Of a stretch of 57,022 nt of DNA, positions 17,987 to 27,269 are shown piece by piece. Source of the stretch: a virus; the UHGV virus genome UHGV-1526745; one strand, written 5' to 3'. Both the position numbers and the translations under genes were made by a program. The notes under the pieces are model-generated. The model was not told the DNA's origin, searched no databases, and saw only the letters and a list, made by a program, of their open reading frames with translations. Each line of letters starts with the position of its first letter. Positions within the stretch are counted from its first letter, which is position 1.

Positions 17987-18027
17987 TATACAAAATGGCT
18001 TTACTTCAACGACTCCATTTTGTATAA
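17987..18027. promoter_or_regulatory. perfect 12-bp inverted repeat TATACAAAATGG-N17-CCATTTTGTATA
   Basis: Read directly; sits between TMP start and plus-strand lipoprotein gene. Confidence 0.45.
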
Positions 18028-18073
18028 GGAAGCCAAAGGGAAAGGTCAGTAAATCAAGTTAGCGTGGTGGGTT

Positions 18074-18733
18074 ATGAAACGGTTAGCAAAAGTGGCAATG
18101 ATTGCGGCGGTATTGGGTCTGGTTGGTTGCAATGAGGATAATGAAAAAGCGCCTATAGTGACCAATCAAGAACAACAAGCATTAGCAGAGAAAAATGCTA
18201 AATGGCTTGCAGAACAACAAGCAAAACAAGCCGCATACGATGCACAGTTAGAAAAAGAAAATGCTGGTAAACAGTGGCTTGTAGTTGAAAGAAAAGATGA
18301 TATGCAGGACGCAAAAAACGTATTCCTTTTTGTGAAAGCAGAACAATTCAGCGGAAGTCTTGATGCTTTCCCGACACTGAAGGCACAGGATAAGAATAAA
18401 CCGGTATTAACAATCGCTTGCCAGGGTAATAAAACAAAAATGTTCGTAGCATGGTCACACCATGTAACTGACGCCGGGGACACTACTTATATTAACTACC
18501 GGATCGGCGTTCACAAAGCTGTAGCTACTGAGTGGGGGCGGTCAACTAATTATAAAGCTCTTGGATTATGGGATGGCAAAAAAGCCATCCCAATGATTAA
18601 AAAAATGGTTAACGAAAAACAATTCATCATTGAAGTAGTGCCGGAAGCTGGCGACATTGAGAAAGCAGTGTTTAACATTGATGGTCTTTATAACCACATC
18701 GACAAAGTGAAAAACGCTTGCAACTGGAATTAA
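18074..18733 (+). CDS. lipoprotein (219 aa) moron
   Basis: Signal peptide with LVGC lipobox; GGTGGG RBS. Confidence 0.6.
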   Translation: MKRLAKVAMIAAVLGLVGCNEDNEKAPIVTNQEQQALAEKNAKWLAEQQAKQAAYDAQLEKENAGKQWLVVERKDDMQDAKNVFLFVKAEQFSGSLDAFPTLKAQDKNKPVLTIACQGNKTKMFVAWSHHVTDAGDTTYINYRIGVHKAVATEWGRSTNYKALGLWDGKKAIPMIKKMVNEKQFIIEVVPEAGDIEKAVFNIDGLYNHIDKVKNACNWN

Positions 18734-18743
18734 GGGGTAAATC

Positions 18744-19118
18744 ATGAAAAACATAATCAAAGCGGCTCTCATTGGTGTTATGGCTTTAGCTCTTACAGGG
18801 TGCGCAAGATCAACTGATTTCGTTAAGTTAGCTGATAAAAAATTGCAAGTTGGAATGACTTGTGAGCAAGTGAATAAAATAATGGGGGAACCACAAAGAA
18901 TCGAGCATGACGGTAATTATAGTTATCACGTATGGTATTCAGTAACCAGCACGATAGGATTTACTTACATGGATGTTGAAGAATTATCCCCTTCAAGGGT
19001 TATCGCAAAGTTTGATAACTGCATCCTAAAAGAATGGAAAGATCGCAGTAAGGCAAAGTCTGTATACAATACAATCACACACAGTTCACCAGGTACAGCA
19101 ATTAAAGATTTCAATTAG
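18744..19118 (+). CDS. lipoprotein (124 aa), BamE/SmpA-OmlA-like
   Basis: Signal peptide with LTGC lipobox; QVGMTCEQVNKIMGEP resembles SmpA/OmlA motif. Confidence 0.55.
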   Translation: MKNIIKAALIGVMALALTGCARSTDFVKLADKKLQVGMTCEQVNKIMGEPQRIEHDGNYSYHVWYSVTSTIGFTYMDVEELSPSRVIAKFDNCILKEWKDRSKAKSVYNTITHSSPGTAIKDFN

Positions 19119-19132
19119 CAAAACGCCCTGAT

Positions 19133-19819
19133 CTACCGGGCTTTTTCTTGCTCACGATTTTTCATTCTTTCTAGTGCCTTTTTAGCGGCCTCCATTTGCT
19201 CGTCATAAGCACGTTTATTTATGTGAATGTTTGGCTTGCTTCTCTCGTTTCTTTCGTCTGGCGGCGTTTTAGCGCGTACAGCGGCCCTATATCCGGTCAT
19301 TGTCATATTCCATGCTTCCGATTCTGACAAGCCCAGGTGAGCAACGGCAGAATAAACGAATTCCAGCACGTTAAAAGTAGGCTTATATTCCCCTTCCCGG
19401 ATCTCTCCGGCGTCTTCTTCCGGCCCGTCACCGATTAAGCCGTGGTACATGCAATGCTGCGCCAGCGTGATAACGTCACTGGTAGGCATCAGTCCTGGTC
19501 TTAGCCGTAACTTGCCGGAAGGAGTAAACCTACATTCGCCTAATAGCGTGCCTATTTCGTCGTCTGAGCAACATTTCAGGATGTGCATGGACGTTTGCAC
19601 CATTTCACCATAACACCGCGCCATAATGCGATTGCGAAGGTCTGGATCCGCTGGCAATCGTGATGGATATTTGCCACCGTGTATGGTTGCGAAGTATTCG
19701 ACCAGTTCGCTGTCACTGCCGATTTTAGCCATTGCAGCGAAGCAGGGATTAAACACGTACCGCCTGCCGTCTACCACCGCCGCAAATTGTCCCGTTCGAA
19801 CATGGATCATAGCTGTCAC
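19133..19819 (-). CDS. tail assembly chaperone (positional)
   Basis: 228-aa ORF between major tail and tape measure genes. Confidence 0.4.
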   Translation of the reverse strand: MTAMIHVRTGQFAAVVDGRRYVFNPCFAAMAKIGSDSELVEYFATIHGGKYPSRLPADPDLRNRIMARCYGEMVQTSMHILKCCSDDEIGTLLGECRFTPSGKLRLRPGLMPTSDVITLAQHCMYHGLIGDGPEEDAGEIREGEYKPTFNVLEFVYSAVAHLGLSESEAWNMTMTGYRAAVRAKTPPDERNERSKPNIHINKRAYDEQMEAAKKALERMKNREQEKAR

Positions 19820-19864
19820 CTTAAAAGAAAGGGGCCAGATGGCCCCGATTGTTAATATTGATTA

Positions 19865-20341
19865 TTATGCTGCTGGGATGTCGCCAACCGTCACCTTGCC
19901 AGCACTTGAACACTCAATGGACCAGGTGGAAACGTCGTCGTTAGGGTCTTCTTCTTTAAAGGAAGTGCAAAGAAACGGACCTTCAGTCACATCAGCCGGG
20001 GAAACAATTTTAAGCCAAACATATGGTTGCGATCCGGTTGTTTCGCCTGGGTTAATAACGTGGCGTTTAAGTGCCTTCTGATTATGAATTTCTTCAGTAC
20101 GGGATACGCCGTCACCTGAGAAAGAAACAGATTTGTAAGTGACAAGTGATTCTTTGGTGTAGTCTGCTGATTTATCAGCGGTGGCGTCTGCGGTTTCCCA
20201 TTCTACGGAAAGCGTTTTGCCGCGCATCATGCCTAACGCTTTATAAGAGCCGTCTTCAGGTTTCACGTTAGGACAAGCGATAGCGTAGAATACAGCAACG
20301 TCGCGGCCTAAAAACGCGCCTTTTTCGCAAGTCTGAGACAT
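19865..20341 (-). CDS. major tail protein (positional)
   Basis: 158-aa ORF upstream of chaperone/TMP. Confidence 0.55.
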   Translation of the reverse strand: MSQTCEKGAFLGRDVAVFYAIACPNVKPEDGSYKALGMMRGKTLSVEWETADATADKSADYTKESLVTYKSVSFSGDGVSRTEEIHNQKALKRHVINPGETTGSQPYVWLKIVSPADVTEGPFLCTSFKEEDPNDDVSTWSIECSSAGKVTVGDIPAA

Positions 20342-20354
20342 GTTTAATTACCTC

Positions 20355-20741
20355 TTATCTGGATATGATGGTTTGAAAAGCTACGGTAAAAATAAAGCGC
20401 CCTTCTCTTGTCTGCATCGCAGGAATAGCGCCAACTGGCTTCATGTGTGTAATTTTATCAGTTTTATATTCTGTTAACATACTTTGACGGATGGCGTCGG
20501 CAAGGTCTTCCACTTCACTGATATTTGCATCATTACGCGCTGAAATAACCAGGATGCGGAAATAATCACGGGTTATTGCTTCTTCACCAGCCGCGCCGCC
20601 GTTCTGCTGGATCACGATGTATCTGTCATTATTCGAATTACTTCGCTCATTCCAGAAACGGGCCTGCAAAATATAGCCCTCATCGTATCCGTGAGACTGT
20701 ATCCAGTCTCTTATATTGTCGTAGACTTCGCTGCGTTTCAT
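20355..20741 (-). CDS. tail terminator / head-tail joining protein (positional)
   Basis: 128-aa ORF upstream of major tail gene. Confidence 0.4.
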   Translation of the reverse strand: MKRSEVYDNIRDWIQSHGYDEGYILQARFWNERSNSNNDRYIVIQQNGGAAGEEAITRDYFRILVISARNDANISEVEDLADAIRQSMLTEYKTDKITHMKPVGAIPAMQTREGRFIFTVAFQTIISR

Positions 20742-21178
20742 ACTTTGTAACCTTCTACAATCTCTTTATAAATATCGTCTGCGTTGTTTGGATCTTCGAA
20801 TGCCTTGCGCAAAAATTCCGGCTCCGCGTTTGGATCCCAATATTTACCTTTTCCAGTACCGCCGCCGAATTCAACCCCTTCGCTAGTCTTGCCGAAATGT
20901 TCGCGCGGCTGTCCTTTTAATTTACCTGGCATATTGTGCACCCATTCAGCATACCTGGCCGTATATCCCAGCCGTAACTGCATACCATCCGCCGTGCTAC
21001 CTATATACTGAAATTGGCTGTTAATTAAAAAACCCGTATCAACTGGGGTCATGTTCGCCGCGAAGCCACCAGCCAGCATCCCTACTCGCCATAACACCTC
21101 ATGAGTTTTCTTATCTGTGATTTCCTTTAGCTCCTGCTTTAATCGCTCCCTGACACGTTTAACACCCTTGATAGGCAT
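20738..21178 (-). CDS. HK97 gp10-like head-tail joining protein
   Basis: MPIKGVKRV... N-terminus typical of HK97 gp10 family (recalled). Confidence 0.5.
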   Translation of the reverse strand: MPIKGVKRVRERLKQELKEITDKKTHEVLWRVGMLAGGFAANMTPVDTGFLINSQFQYIGSTADGMQLRLGYTARYAEWVHNMPGKLKGQPREHFGKTSEGVEFGGGTGKGKYWDPNAEPEFLRKAFEDPNNADDIYKEIVEGYKV

Positions 21179-21180
21179 GA

Positions 21181-21549
21181 TTAACCCCCTGTCACGATCT
21201 TATAATCCGGCGTGTCATTAAACATACTCATGTCCCATTCAACGATTCCGGTTATAACGTTGGCCCCGGCCGCCAGCGGGTCGGAAATATCAGCGGTGTT
21301 ACCAGTAGCAATCATCCAGCCTTTTTCCGGGCGCTGTACTGGCTGCATATTGTGAAGCAGTTCGGTAAATACGGTTATTGTATTGCTAACCTCATTGCCG
21401 TTTGCGTCTGTTGCCGTGCCGTCGGTGCGCTCCCATGAGCAATCAATCAGGTATGGTGCACCGTATACATCGGAGTTTGTCCAGTCGTCACGCGTTACGG
21501 GGTAAATGGTGGCTAACGCCTTGTAAGTGAATCGTGATAATTTACTCAT
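21181..21549 (-). CDS. head-tail adaptor protein (positional)
   Basis: 122-aa ORF in connector region. Confidence 0.4.
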   Translation of the reverse strand: MSKLSRFTYKALATIYPVTRDDWTNSDVYGAPYLIDCSWERTDGTATDANGNEVSNTITVFTELLHNMQPVQRPEKGWMIATGNTADISDPLAAGANVITGIVEWDMSMFNDTPDYKIVTGG

Positions 21550-21727
21550 ATCCGTTGCTCCATTTGATGATTCTCGGATGGGTTTCAGCCACGCGCGGGC
21601 AAAGAATTACCCATTCACCAGCATCATTGAGGTAGGCTGCCACCTGTCGCCCGGTGTCTGTCTTCACCCACACGCGGGTAAACAGTTTCGGCAATAGCGG
21701 ATCCGGTAATGTCAGGTCGTTCCACAT
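21542..21727 (-). CDS. hypothetical protein (61 aa)
   Basis: Track ORF overlapping neighbours by a few bp. Confidence 0.3.
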   Translation of the reverse strand: MWNDLTLPDPLLPKLFTRVWVKTDTGRQVAAYLNDAGEWVILCPRVAETHPRIIKWSNGYE

Positions 21728-21729
21728 TA

Positions 21730-22116
21730 TTACATCCTCCCGCTTTTACCTATCCACAGTCCGGCGTGCGCGGTGTTTTCTGGATCTGCTGGAATTAGTT
21801 CGGCTGTACAGTGATGTTTATCAAGTGAGTAAAGCAACGAATAGGCCGCCTTCCATCGTTTGTTGAAATCGACATAGCGGTATGACTGGCTTGCACCGTT
21901 CGGACCCGTCTGCGATGAGACGTATTTATCAGCCTGGCTGAGTCCTAACAGTCCAATCAGATAAAGCTGAATCAATGTTGCAGTGGAGGCCGGATAGTTG
22001 GCATCAAGGCATTCATTAACGCTATTTGCCTGCTCCACCAGCAAAGATAAGATAATGTCTGGCAGGTCAATACCCTGGCTTTCAAGATATTCCCGCGCCT
22101 GTTCTGTAGTGACCAT
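21730..22116 (-). CDS. head-tail connector protein (gp6-like, positional)
   Basis: ATG at 22116 after GGAG RBS. Confidence 0.4.
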   Translation of the reverse strand: MVTTEQAREYLESQGIDLPDIILSLLVEQANSVNECLDANYPASTATLIQLYLIGLLGLSQADKYVSSQTGPNGASQSYRYVDFNKRWKAAYSLLYSLDKHHCTAELIPADPENTAHAGLWIGKSGRM

Positions 22117-22182
22117 TTTGTTTACTCCACATACAAAAAAAATCCCCGGCATCGCGCCGGGGAGTTACAGGAAACGTTCTAA

Positions 22183-23235
22183 TTAAGAATTTTTGCCGTA
22201 AACGACACCGGAACGGCCTAACATGTCGCAGGTGATTTGTAAACCTTCGGCAGACATGATTTTGAAGTTATAGTTATCAGTCGGCATAAAGCGCGGTACA
22301 GGTACAACGCCAGTAGTCATACCGATCAGCGGGGTAATGACATCACGGCGGCGCTGATAAGCAATAATTTCATTGCCTTTCAGTGCAAAGGTCTGGCGGA
22401 TTTCACCTACCGGGGCGAACGGCATAACCGTTTGCAGCACGCTACCAACGACAGCACCGTTAACGATGTGCGGGCGGGCAAGGTTAGCCATGATTTCAGG
22501 TGATACCCACATCACATCATATTTAGCAACGAAGTTATTGCGGGCCAGAACACCGAATTCACCAACGGTGAAGAAGTCGATCAGTGCGTCAAATCTTGCA
22601 GTGGTCAGGTCAGTTGTCAGGGTTAGTTGCTGGGTGTTTTTGTGGTTTTTAATACCCATAGCCTTATGACCATCAACCTTGATGTTTTCGTTACCGTTCA
22701 GATAGAAGTTAACGCGTGCTTTGTTGAATTTTTTCAGTTTCAGGCGTTGGCTATCAAGTGCAAGGTCGATACCTACAGTATTCAGACCCTGAGCAAGACG
22801 CCAGTTGACACCATAACCAGCCGCGAACATCGGGATCGGGTCGCCATCGCTGCCGTATTCGGTGTGATCAAAGCCGTGTGGCGCTTGACCATCCATAGAC
22901 ATTACGACTTCATCGTTGATGTCGCCGGATACGCTGTACATTTTCAGCGTTTTACCGATAGGAAGTACAGTCTGTACAGCCATAAGGTCGTTTACGATCT
23001 CGATGCCGATTTCTTCGGTGTTCAGTTCGATGATCTGGTTATCAATTTCTTTCCAGAATGATTTTTCAAAACCACCAACGGCGTTACAAGCAATCATTTC
23101 AGCGGTCATGTTTGCTTTGTTCGCTGCAATCATGGCGTCATGCTGATCGTTGAAGATATTGCGTTGCGCCCACAGTTCATTCCAGTGTGCCTGCATCCGG
23201 CTGTTAGTGGCGAGGTTTTCTTTTGTAAAGTACAT
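22183..23235 (-). CDS. major capsid protein
   Basis: 350-aa ORF following decoration-like and scaffold-like genes. Confidence 0.55.
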   Translation of the reverse strand: MYFTKENLATNSRMQAHWNELWAQRNIFNDQHDAMIAANKANMTAEMIACNAVGGFEKSFWKEIDNQIIELNTEEIGIEIVNDLMAVQTVLPIGKTLKMYSVSGDINDEVVMSMDGQAPHGFDHTEYGSDGDPIPMFAAGYGVNWRLAQGLNTVGIDLALDSQRLKLKKFNKARVNFYLNGNENIKVDGHKAMGIKNHKNTQQLTLTTDLTTARFDALIDFFTVGEFGVLARNNFVAKYDVMWVSPEIMANLARPHIVNGAVVGSVLQTVMPFAPVGEIRQTFALKGNEIIAYQRRRDVITPLIGMTTGVVPVPRFMPTDNYNFKIMSAEGLQITCDMLGRSGVVYGKNS

Positions 23236-23252
23236 GTTTTTCCCCTTTTAAA

Positions 23253-23624
23253 TTAAGCGACGCGAACGCGGATGAAGTCTTCCGCTTCCAGTTTTACGTC
23301 TTCCTGGCAGTATGCGACGGTTACATCACCGACCTGGATGGCCTGGTCTTTAGTGTAAGTACCCATGGCAACGCGCATTGCAAACTCGCGGCCTTGTTCC
23401 ACGTAGTCAGCTACAACGGTTTCACCTGCTGCGATCGCATCGGCAATGGTTTTACCTTCATGAAATGCAGGGTTAACGATATACAGACGTCCTTCTGCGG
23501 TTGTTGCTTTGACGAATTTACCGCTTTCCAGTTTCACCAGTTCACCCGGTTTTAATTCAGCACCAGCGAGGCGGGTTTCTGTGATTGATTTACCATCAAT
23601 ATTTACACGACGAAAACGAAACAT
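23253..23624 (-). CDS. head decoration protein (positional)
   Basis: 123-aa ORF immediately upstream of capsid gene. Confidence 0.35.
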   Translation of the reverse strand: MFRFRRVNIDGKSITETRLAGAELKPGELVKLESGKFVKATTAEGRLYIVNPAFHEGKTIADAIAAGETVVADYVEQGREFAMRVAMGTYTKDQAIQVGDVTVAYCQEDVKLEAEDFIRVRVA

Positions 23625-23640
23625 TGTGATCCCCTTTTAA

Positions 23641-24969
23641 TTAGAAATAAGTGTTAAAGTCTGGTACTTCGCCTTTTTTACCTTCGCTTGCTGCGTTGGT
23701 AGCCATCGGCGCTGCTTTGCCCAGGGATTTAAACATTGCATCGAGCGCATCACCGCTTAATGCGTTAGCAACAATTTCGCCGTGTACTTTCGCAACTGCG
23801 GCGCGTTTTTCTGCTTCTTCTTTATTTGCGTTTGCTGCAATTTCTTCTTTAATTGCTTTCTGGTTGGTCTGCAATTCTTCTTGGTTGGTCTGTAATTCTT
23901 CAACGCTTGCCTGTAATGGTTTTAATGCCTCTGCTACTGCATTAGCGATATTGGCGGATAAGCCTTCGTTAATTTCTTTTACCAGTTCGGCGCGTTCTTC
24001 TTTGGTCAAAGGCATGGGATCGTCCTCCGATTTATTGGCCTTAATTTTTTCATTCAGGGAGAAAAGATTAGAAAGGTGTTCAGCGAACTGAGCAAACCAT
24101 GATTTACTTTCCTCGTTGGTTGCAAGCTCGCCATTATTGAGAATAATTTTATCAGCCTGTTTTTCGTATGCGCAAACTTGAGCACTTTCAGTATTAGTGG
24201 CGATCGTCACTTCTTTATCAGTGAAGTCCACCACGTACACATAATCGGCATCAGGGAATAATTCCCGCGCCGCGTCGGTTAATTGTTTCTCAAGCGTGCG
24301 GTAGCTGTTTTCTTTCATTGCCACCGCCATTAACGGTTTCGCCTGGTCAGTATTAACCATCAACCCTACACCCTGTTCAGGTGAGGCTGCTGGCGGCTCA
24401 TGCAGCAAAATAGCGTCATGGTCGATCGACATAATTTTAACAACGCTGTCAGCGCCCTGGGCTTTCATCTCTTCAGTAGCTGGCATACGTTGACGATATA
24501 CAGCGACGGACGACCAGATAGGATCTTTGCTTTCACCTTTTTCCAGTGCTTCCAGTCTGCTTAATAATTCGCGGCCTTGTTCTGAATGGCTGGCGGTTTC
24601 CACATCCACCCATTTTTCCACATAAACACGGTTGCCGCGTAATTCAACGTTTCTGTTCCACGCCCCACAAAAACCAGTGTTTAATCCTTCCGGGCTAAAT
24701 GCGGAAACAAATTTACCGTCAACGGTAGGATGACCCAGCGGGGCGAGTGTCCCCTCCAGTGACTGGTAATTAGCGATAATTTCAGCTTCAGGGTAATATT
24801 CCCGATTCATAACGATGTTAAATGGTAACGTGTAGGACGGGACGACAATATGTTCCCGCCCGTTATACGTTTCCCGGCGGATGGTATTAGCGGTTAATTT
24901 GGTATTAACCTGAATCAGTTCTTTACTCACGGTTTTACTCCCAATCTTCGCCATATTTAGCGTGCGCAA
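23641..24969 (-). CDS. scaffolding / prohead-maturation protein (DUF2213-like)
   Basis: 442-aa ORF between head-morphogenesis and capsid genes; helical Glu/Ala/Lys-rich C-terminal half with EELQTNQ tandem repeat. Confidence 0.45.
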   Translation of the reverse strand: MRTLNMAKIGSKTVSKELIQVNTKLTANTIRRETYNGREHIVVPSYTLPFNIVMNREYYPEAEIIANYQSLEGTLAPLGHPTVDGKFVSAFSPEGLNTGFCGAWNRNVELRGNRVYVEKWVDVETASHSEQGRELLSRLEALEKGESKDPIWSSVAVYRQRMPATEEMKAQGADSVVKIMSIDHDAILLHEPPAASPEQGVGLMVNTDQAKPLMAVAMKENSYRTLEKQLTDAARELFPDADYVYVVDFTDKEVTIATNTESAQVCAYEKQADKIILNNGELATNEESKSWFAQFAEHLSNLFSLNEKIKANKSEDDPMPLTKEERAELVKEINEGLSANIANAVAEALKPLQASVEELQTNQEELQTNQKAIKEEIAANANKEEAEKRAAVAKVHGEIVANALSGDALDAMFKSLGKAAPMATNAASEGKKGEVPDFNTYF

Positions 24970-25831
24970 CCTTATAGTTTTCTTGCGCCCGATCTAATAT
25001 TCGTTTGTTTAATATGTTACCGTCTTCGTCAACCAATACGGTAATCGTGCTACATTTGCAGTTAATTGAATTTGGGGATCTGCTCCACCATTCGCGCTGC
25101 TCATCTATGGTGTATGTTTTCCCGTGCCGCTGCGCGTGCGATAGCCTGGTAGTCGGTGACAATGCCGAAATGTGCATTTGCATGGTGCGCAGATTAAGCT
25201 CTTCTGTCGCCGCTTCTGCCTCATCCATACGCGCTGTGCGTAACGCTGTGCATATTTCAGTTCGGGCAATACGTTTGCACCTGTATAGCGGCAATTGCGT
25301 TTCCTGCTGCAATGTGCGCGCTATTTCCAGTGGATTTAAACCACGGGCCATCCCTTCGGTTAATCGTCGGGCCATATCCTTCTTGATCTGTGCTGTTAGC
25401 CCGCGCATTTCCTCAAATACACGGGTACGAACAAGGGCAAGGCGCGTGCGGTAAGTCGTACTTGATAGCACGGCGGATACATCAGGATAAGCGCTTGAGT
25501 AAGTAACAGACTGGTTGGCAAGGTTGGCGTACTCCTGTGCCGTGCCGCGCTGATATGCCACCTTCACGTATTCCTGCCAAAACCAAAAACTTTCCGGGTC
25601 GGTTAGCTCGAATATCTCATCAATCATGTCGCTGGCGTCCTCCAGCATGTCGTGCAATTCATCCATGTAAATCTGGAAGGTGTATTTTTTATTAACAGCC
25701 AGGCTATATTGTATTCTGTCCAGTATGGCGATATACGGATCTGCAACTTTCTTCAGGCAGGCTTTAAAACGCTTAATAGCACCAGACCGTAACTTCCATG
25801 TCATGGTCGGGTCTTCGGTGTTAGATGGCAT
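24935..25831 (-). CDS. head morphogenesis protein (Mu F / SPP1 gp7-like)
   Basis: Track ORF 24935..25879; internal ATG at 25831; follows portal gene. Confidence 0.55.
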   Translation of the reverse strand: MPSNTEDPTMTWKLRSGAIKRFKACLKKVADPYIAILDRIQYSLAVNKKYTFQIYMDELHDMLEDASDMIDEIFELTDPESFWFWQEYVKVAYQRGTAQEYANLANQSVTYSSAYPDVSAVLSSTTYRTRLALVRTRVFEEMRGLTAQIKKDMARRLTEGMARGLNPLEIARTLQQETQLPLYRCKRIARTEICTALRTARMDEAEAATEELNLRTMQMHISALSPTTRLSHAQRHGKTYTIDEQREWWSRSPNSINCKCSTITVLVDEDGNILNKRILDRAQENYKVAHAKYGEDWE

Positions 25832-27212
25832 TATCGCGGCTGGAGGTATTCGCCTGATTATCTTCTTCACCTTCATCATCGTCTTCCTCTTCCGTTTCCA
25901 CTACACTGGCAGGGCCGTCGTATCCGGCAGCCTCGCGGATTTCGTCACCGCTAAATATTTCTTCACCAGTAGCCAAACAAGCCTGATTGATTTGTGCCAT
26001 CTTGTCTGCGGCTTCCAGTAGCTCTGCTTTGGTCATGGCGTTCAGGTCGTCCCATATAACCGATACGTCAATTGGCATACTGATAAGGCGGAGATCTGCC
26101 ATCTTGCGGAATAGATCCTCAAGCTCACCGCCGATTTCCTCCCTGCGGGTCATGCAGCGGCTGTTGAAGTAACGCAGGTCTTCGGTTGATGCGCGTTCTC
26201 CCTGCTGGTTCCCAACCAAGATGCGGGTTGGAATATCAACACCAGCGGCGGCGGTTTGCAGGTTTACGTCATAGGTTGATGACGGGTCAGATACGGCAGT
26301 AACCAGCGGGCTTACTGTCGCACCCTGTAACGCCATCATTACGTCATTACCCTTATTCATTTCAGCCGTAGCCTCATTGAATCTTTCGCGTAACTCTGTA
26401 ACGTCGCAATCGTATGTTGCAGCCAGGGAACGGAAGTCAATCTCTTTATCGAACGAAATGGCAAGCTGACGCGCTGCGTTTTTCAGGAATGATTCACCAC
26501 TACCGCCTTCCACTTTTTCCAGTGATACGAATGCGTTGTAGGAAGGTTCAAGGAAAGCGATGACATCATCAGAATAGTCGCCAAAGATGAATATGCGGTC
26601 AGGGTGGATCTTTCTGGCAATGGTCTTACTGTTAATGCGTTCTTTGTATTCCCACCACGTTGGCAGGCCATAGTTTTCATTATCCGGGTTTTCTTCGAAG
26701 TCCTTCGGTGTAAGAGCGCCAGCCCACACAGGGGTAAATTTTGCAATGCCTACGCCTTTTGTCACTGGCTGATCCCACGGCTTGTTATCTCTGATATGAA
26801 TTAACAGACCAGAGTAACGACCAATGAGGCGGCGGCGATCACATTCAGCAACAGTGCGCCAAAATCTGTTGTTAAATTTCTTCTTGATTTCTCTTTCCCA
26901 CGGTGTTTCCTTTTTCGCTTTCTCGTCTTCAGTTCCTTCAATCATCTTTGGCTTGGTGCGCCAGCAAGTAGTAACAATCTTTTCTACAGCACCGTGAGCG
27001 ATGCCGCCGCGTCTGTACAGTTTGTATAGATCGTGATACGTGATCTCTTCTTTAAATCCGTATTCACTCCACGCAGCATCACGTTTGGCATCTATCCCCA
27101 TAGTGAACGGATGTGCCGCTGCATAGCGGGCAAAGGCCGCCTGTCGTTGTGACAAGGCAGCATTAACCGCCAGTTCTATATTAGATGGCATAATGTTTAC
27201 TCCTGAATACAT
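25821..27212 (-). CDS. portal protein
   Basis: 463-aa ORF immediately after large terminase; acidic C-terminal tail. Confidence 0.7.
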   Translation of the reverse strand: MYSGVNIMPSNIELAVNAALSQRQAAFARYAAAHPFTMGIDAKRDAAWSEYGFKEEITYHDLYKLYRRGGIAHGAVEKIVTTCWRTKPKMIEGTEDEKAKKETPWEREIKKKFNNRFWRTVAECDRRRLIGRYSGLLIHIRDNKPWDQPVTKGVGIAKFTPVWAGALTPKDFEENPDNENYGLPTWWEYKERINSKTIARKIHPDRIFIFGDYSDDVIAFLEPSYNAFVSLEKVEGGSGESFLKNAARQLAISFDKEIDFRSLAATYDCDVTELRERFNEATAEMNKGNDVMMALQGATVSPLVTAVSDPSSTYDVNLQTAAAGVDIPTRILVGNQQGERASTEDLRYFNSRCMTRREEIGGELEDLFRKMADLRLISMPIDVSVIWDDLNAMTKAELLEAADKMAQINQACLATGEEIFSGDEIREAAGYDGPASVVETEEEDDDEGEEDNQANTSSRDNAI

Positions 27213-27236
27213 GTTTACGCGTTGCTACGCGAAAAA
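27213..27236. promoter_or_regulatory. conserved 24-bp element TTTACGCG-N4-CTACGCGAAAAAT (copy 2)
   Basis: Directly abuts portal start codon. Confidence 0.35.
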
Positions 27237-27269
27237 TAGAAAAACTTGTGGGTAGTTGTGAGTCAGATT

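Noticed and set aside
23869-23911. 21-bp tandem direct repeat TTCTTGGTTGGTCTG(C/T)AA
   Set aside because: Encodes the EELQTNQ EELQTNQ duplication inside the scaffold-like gene; coding repeat, not a regulatory element
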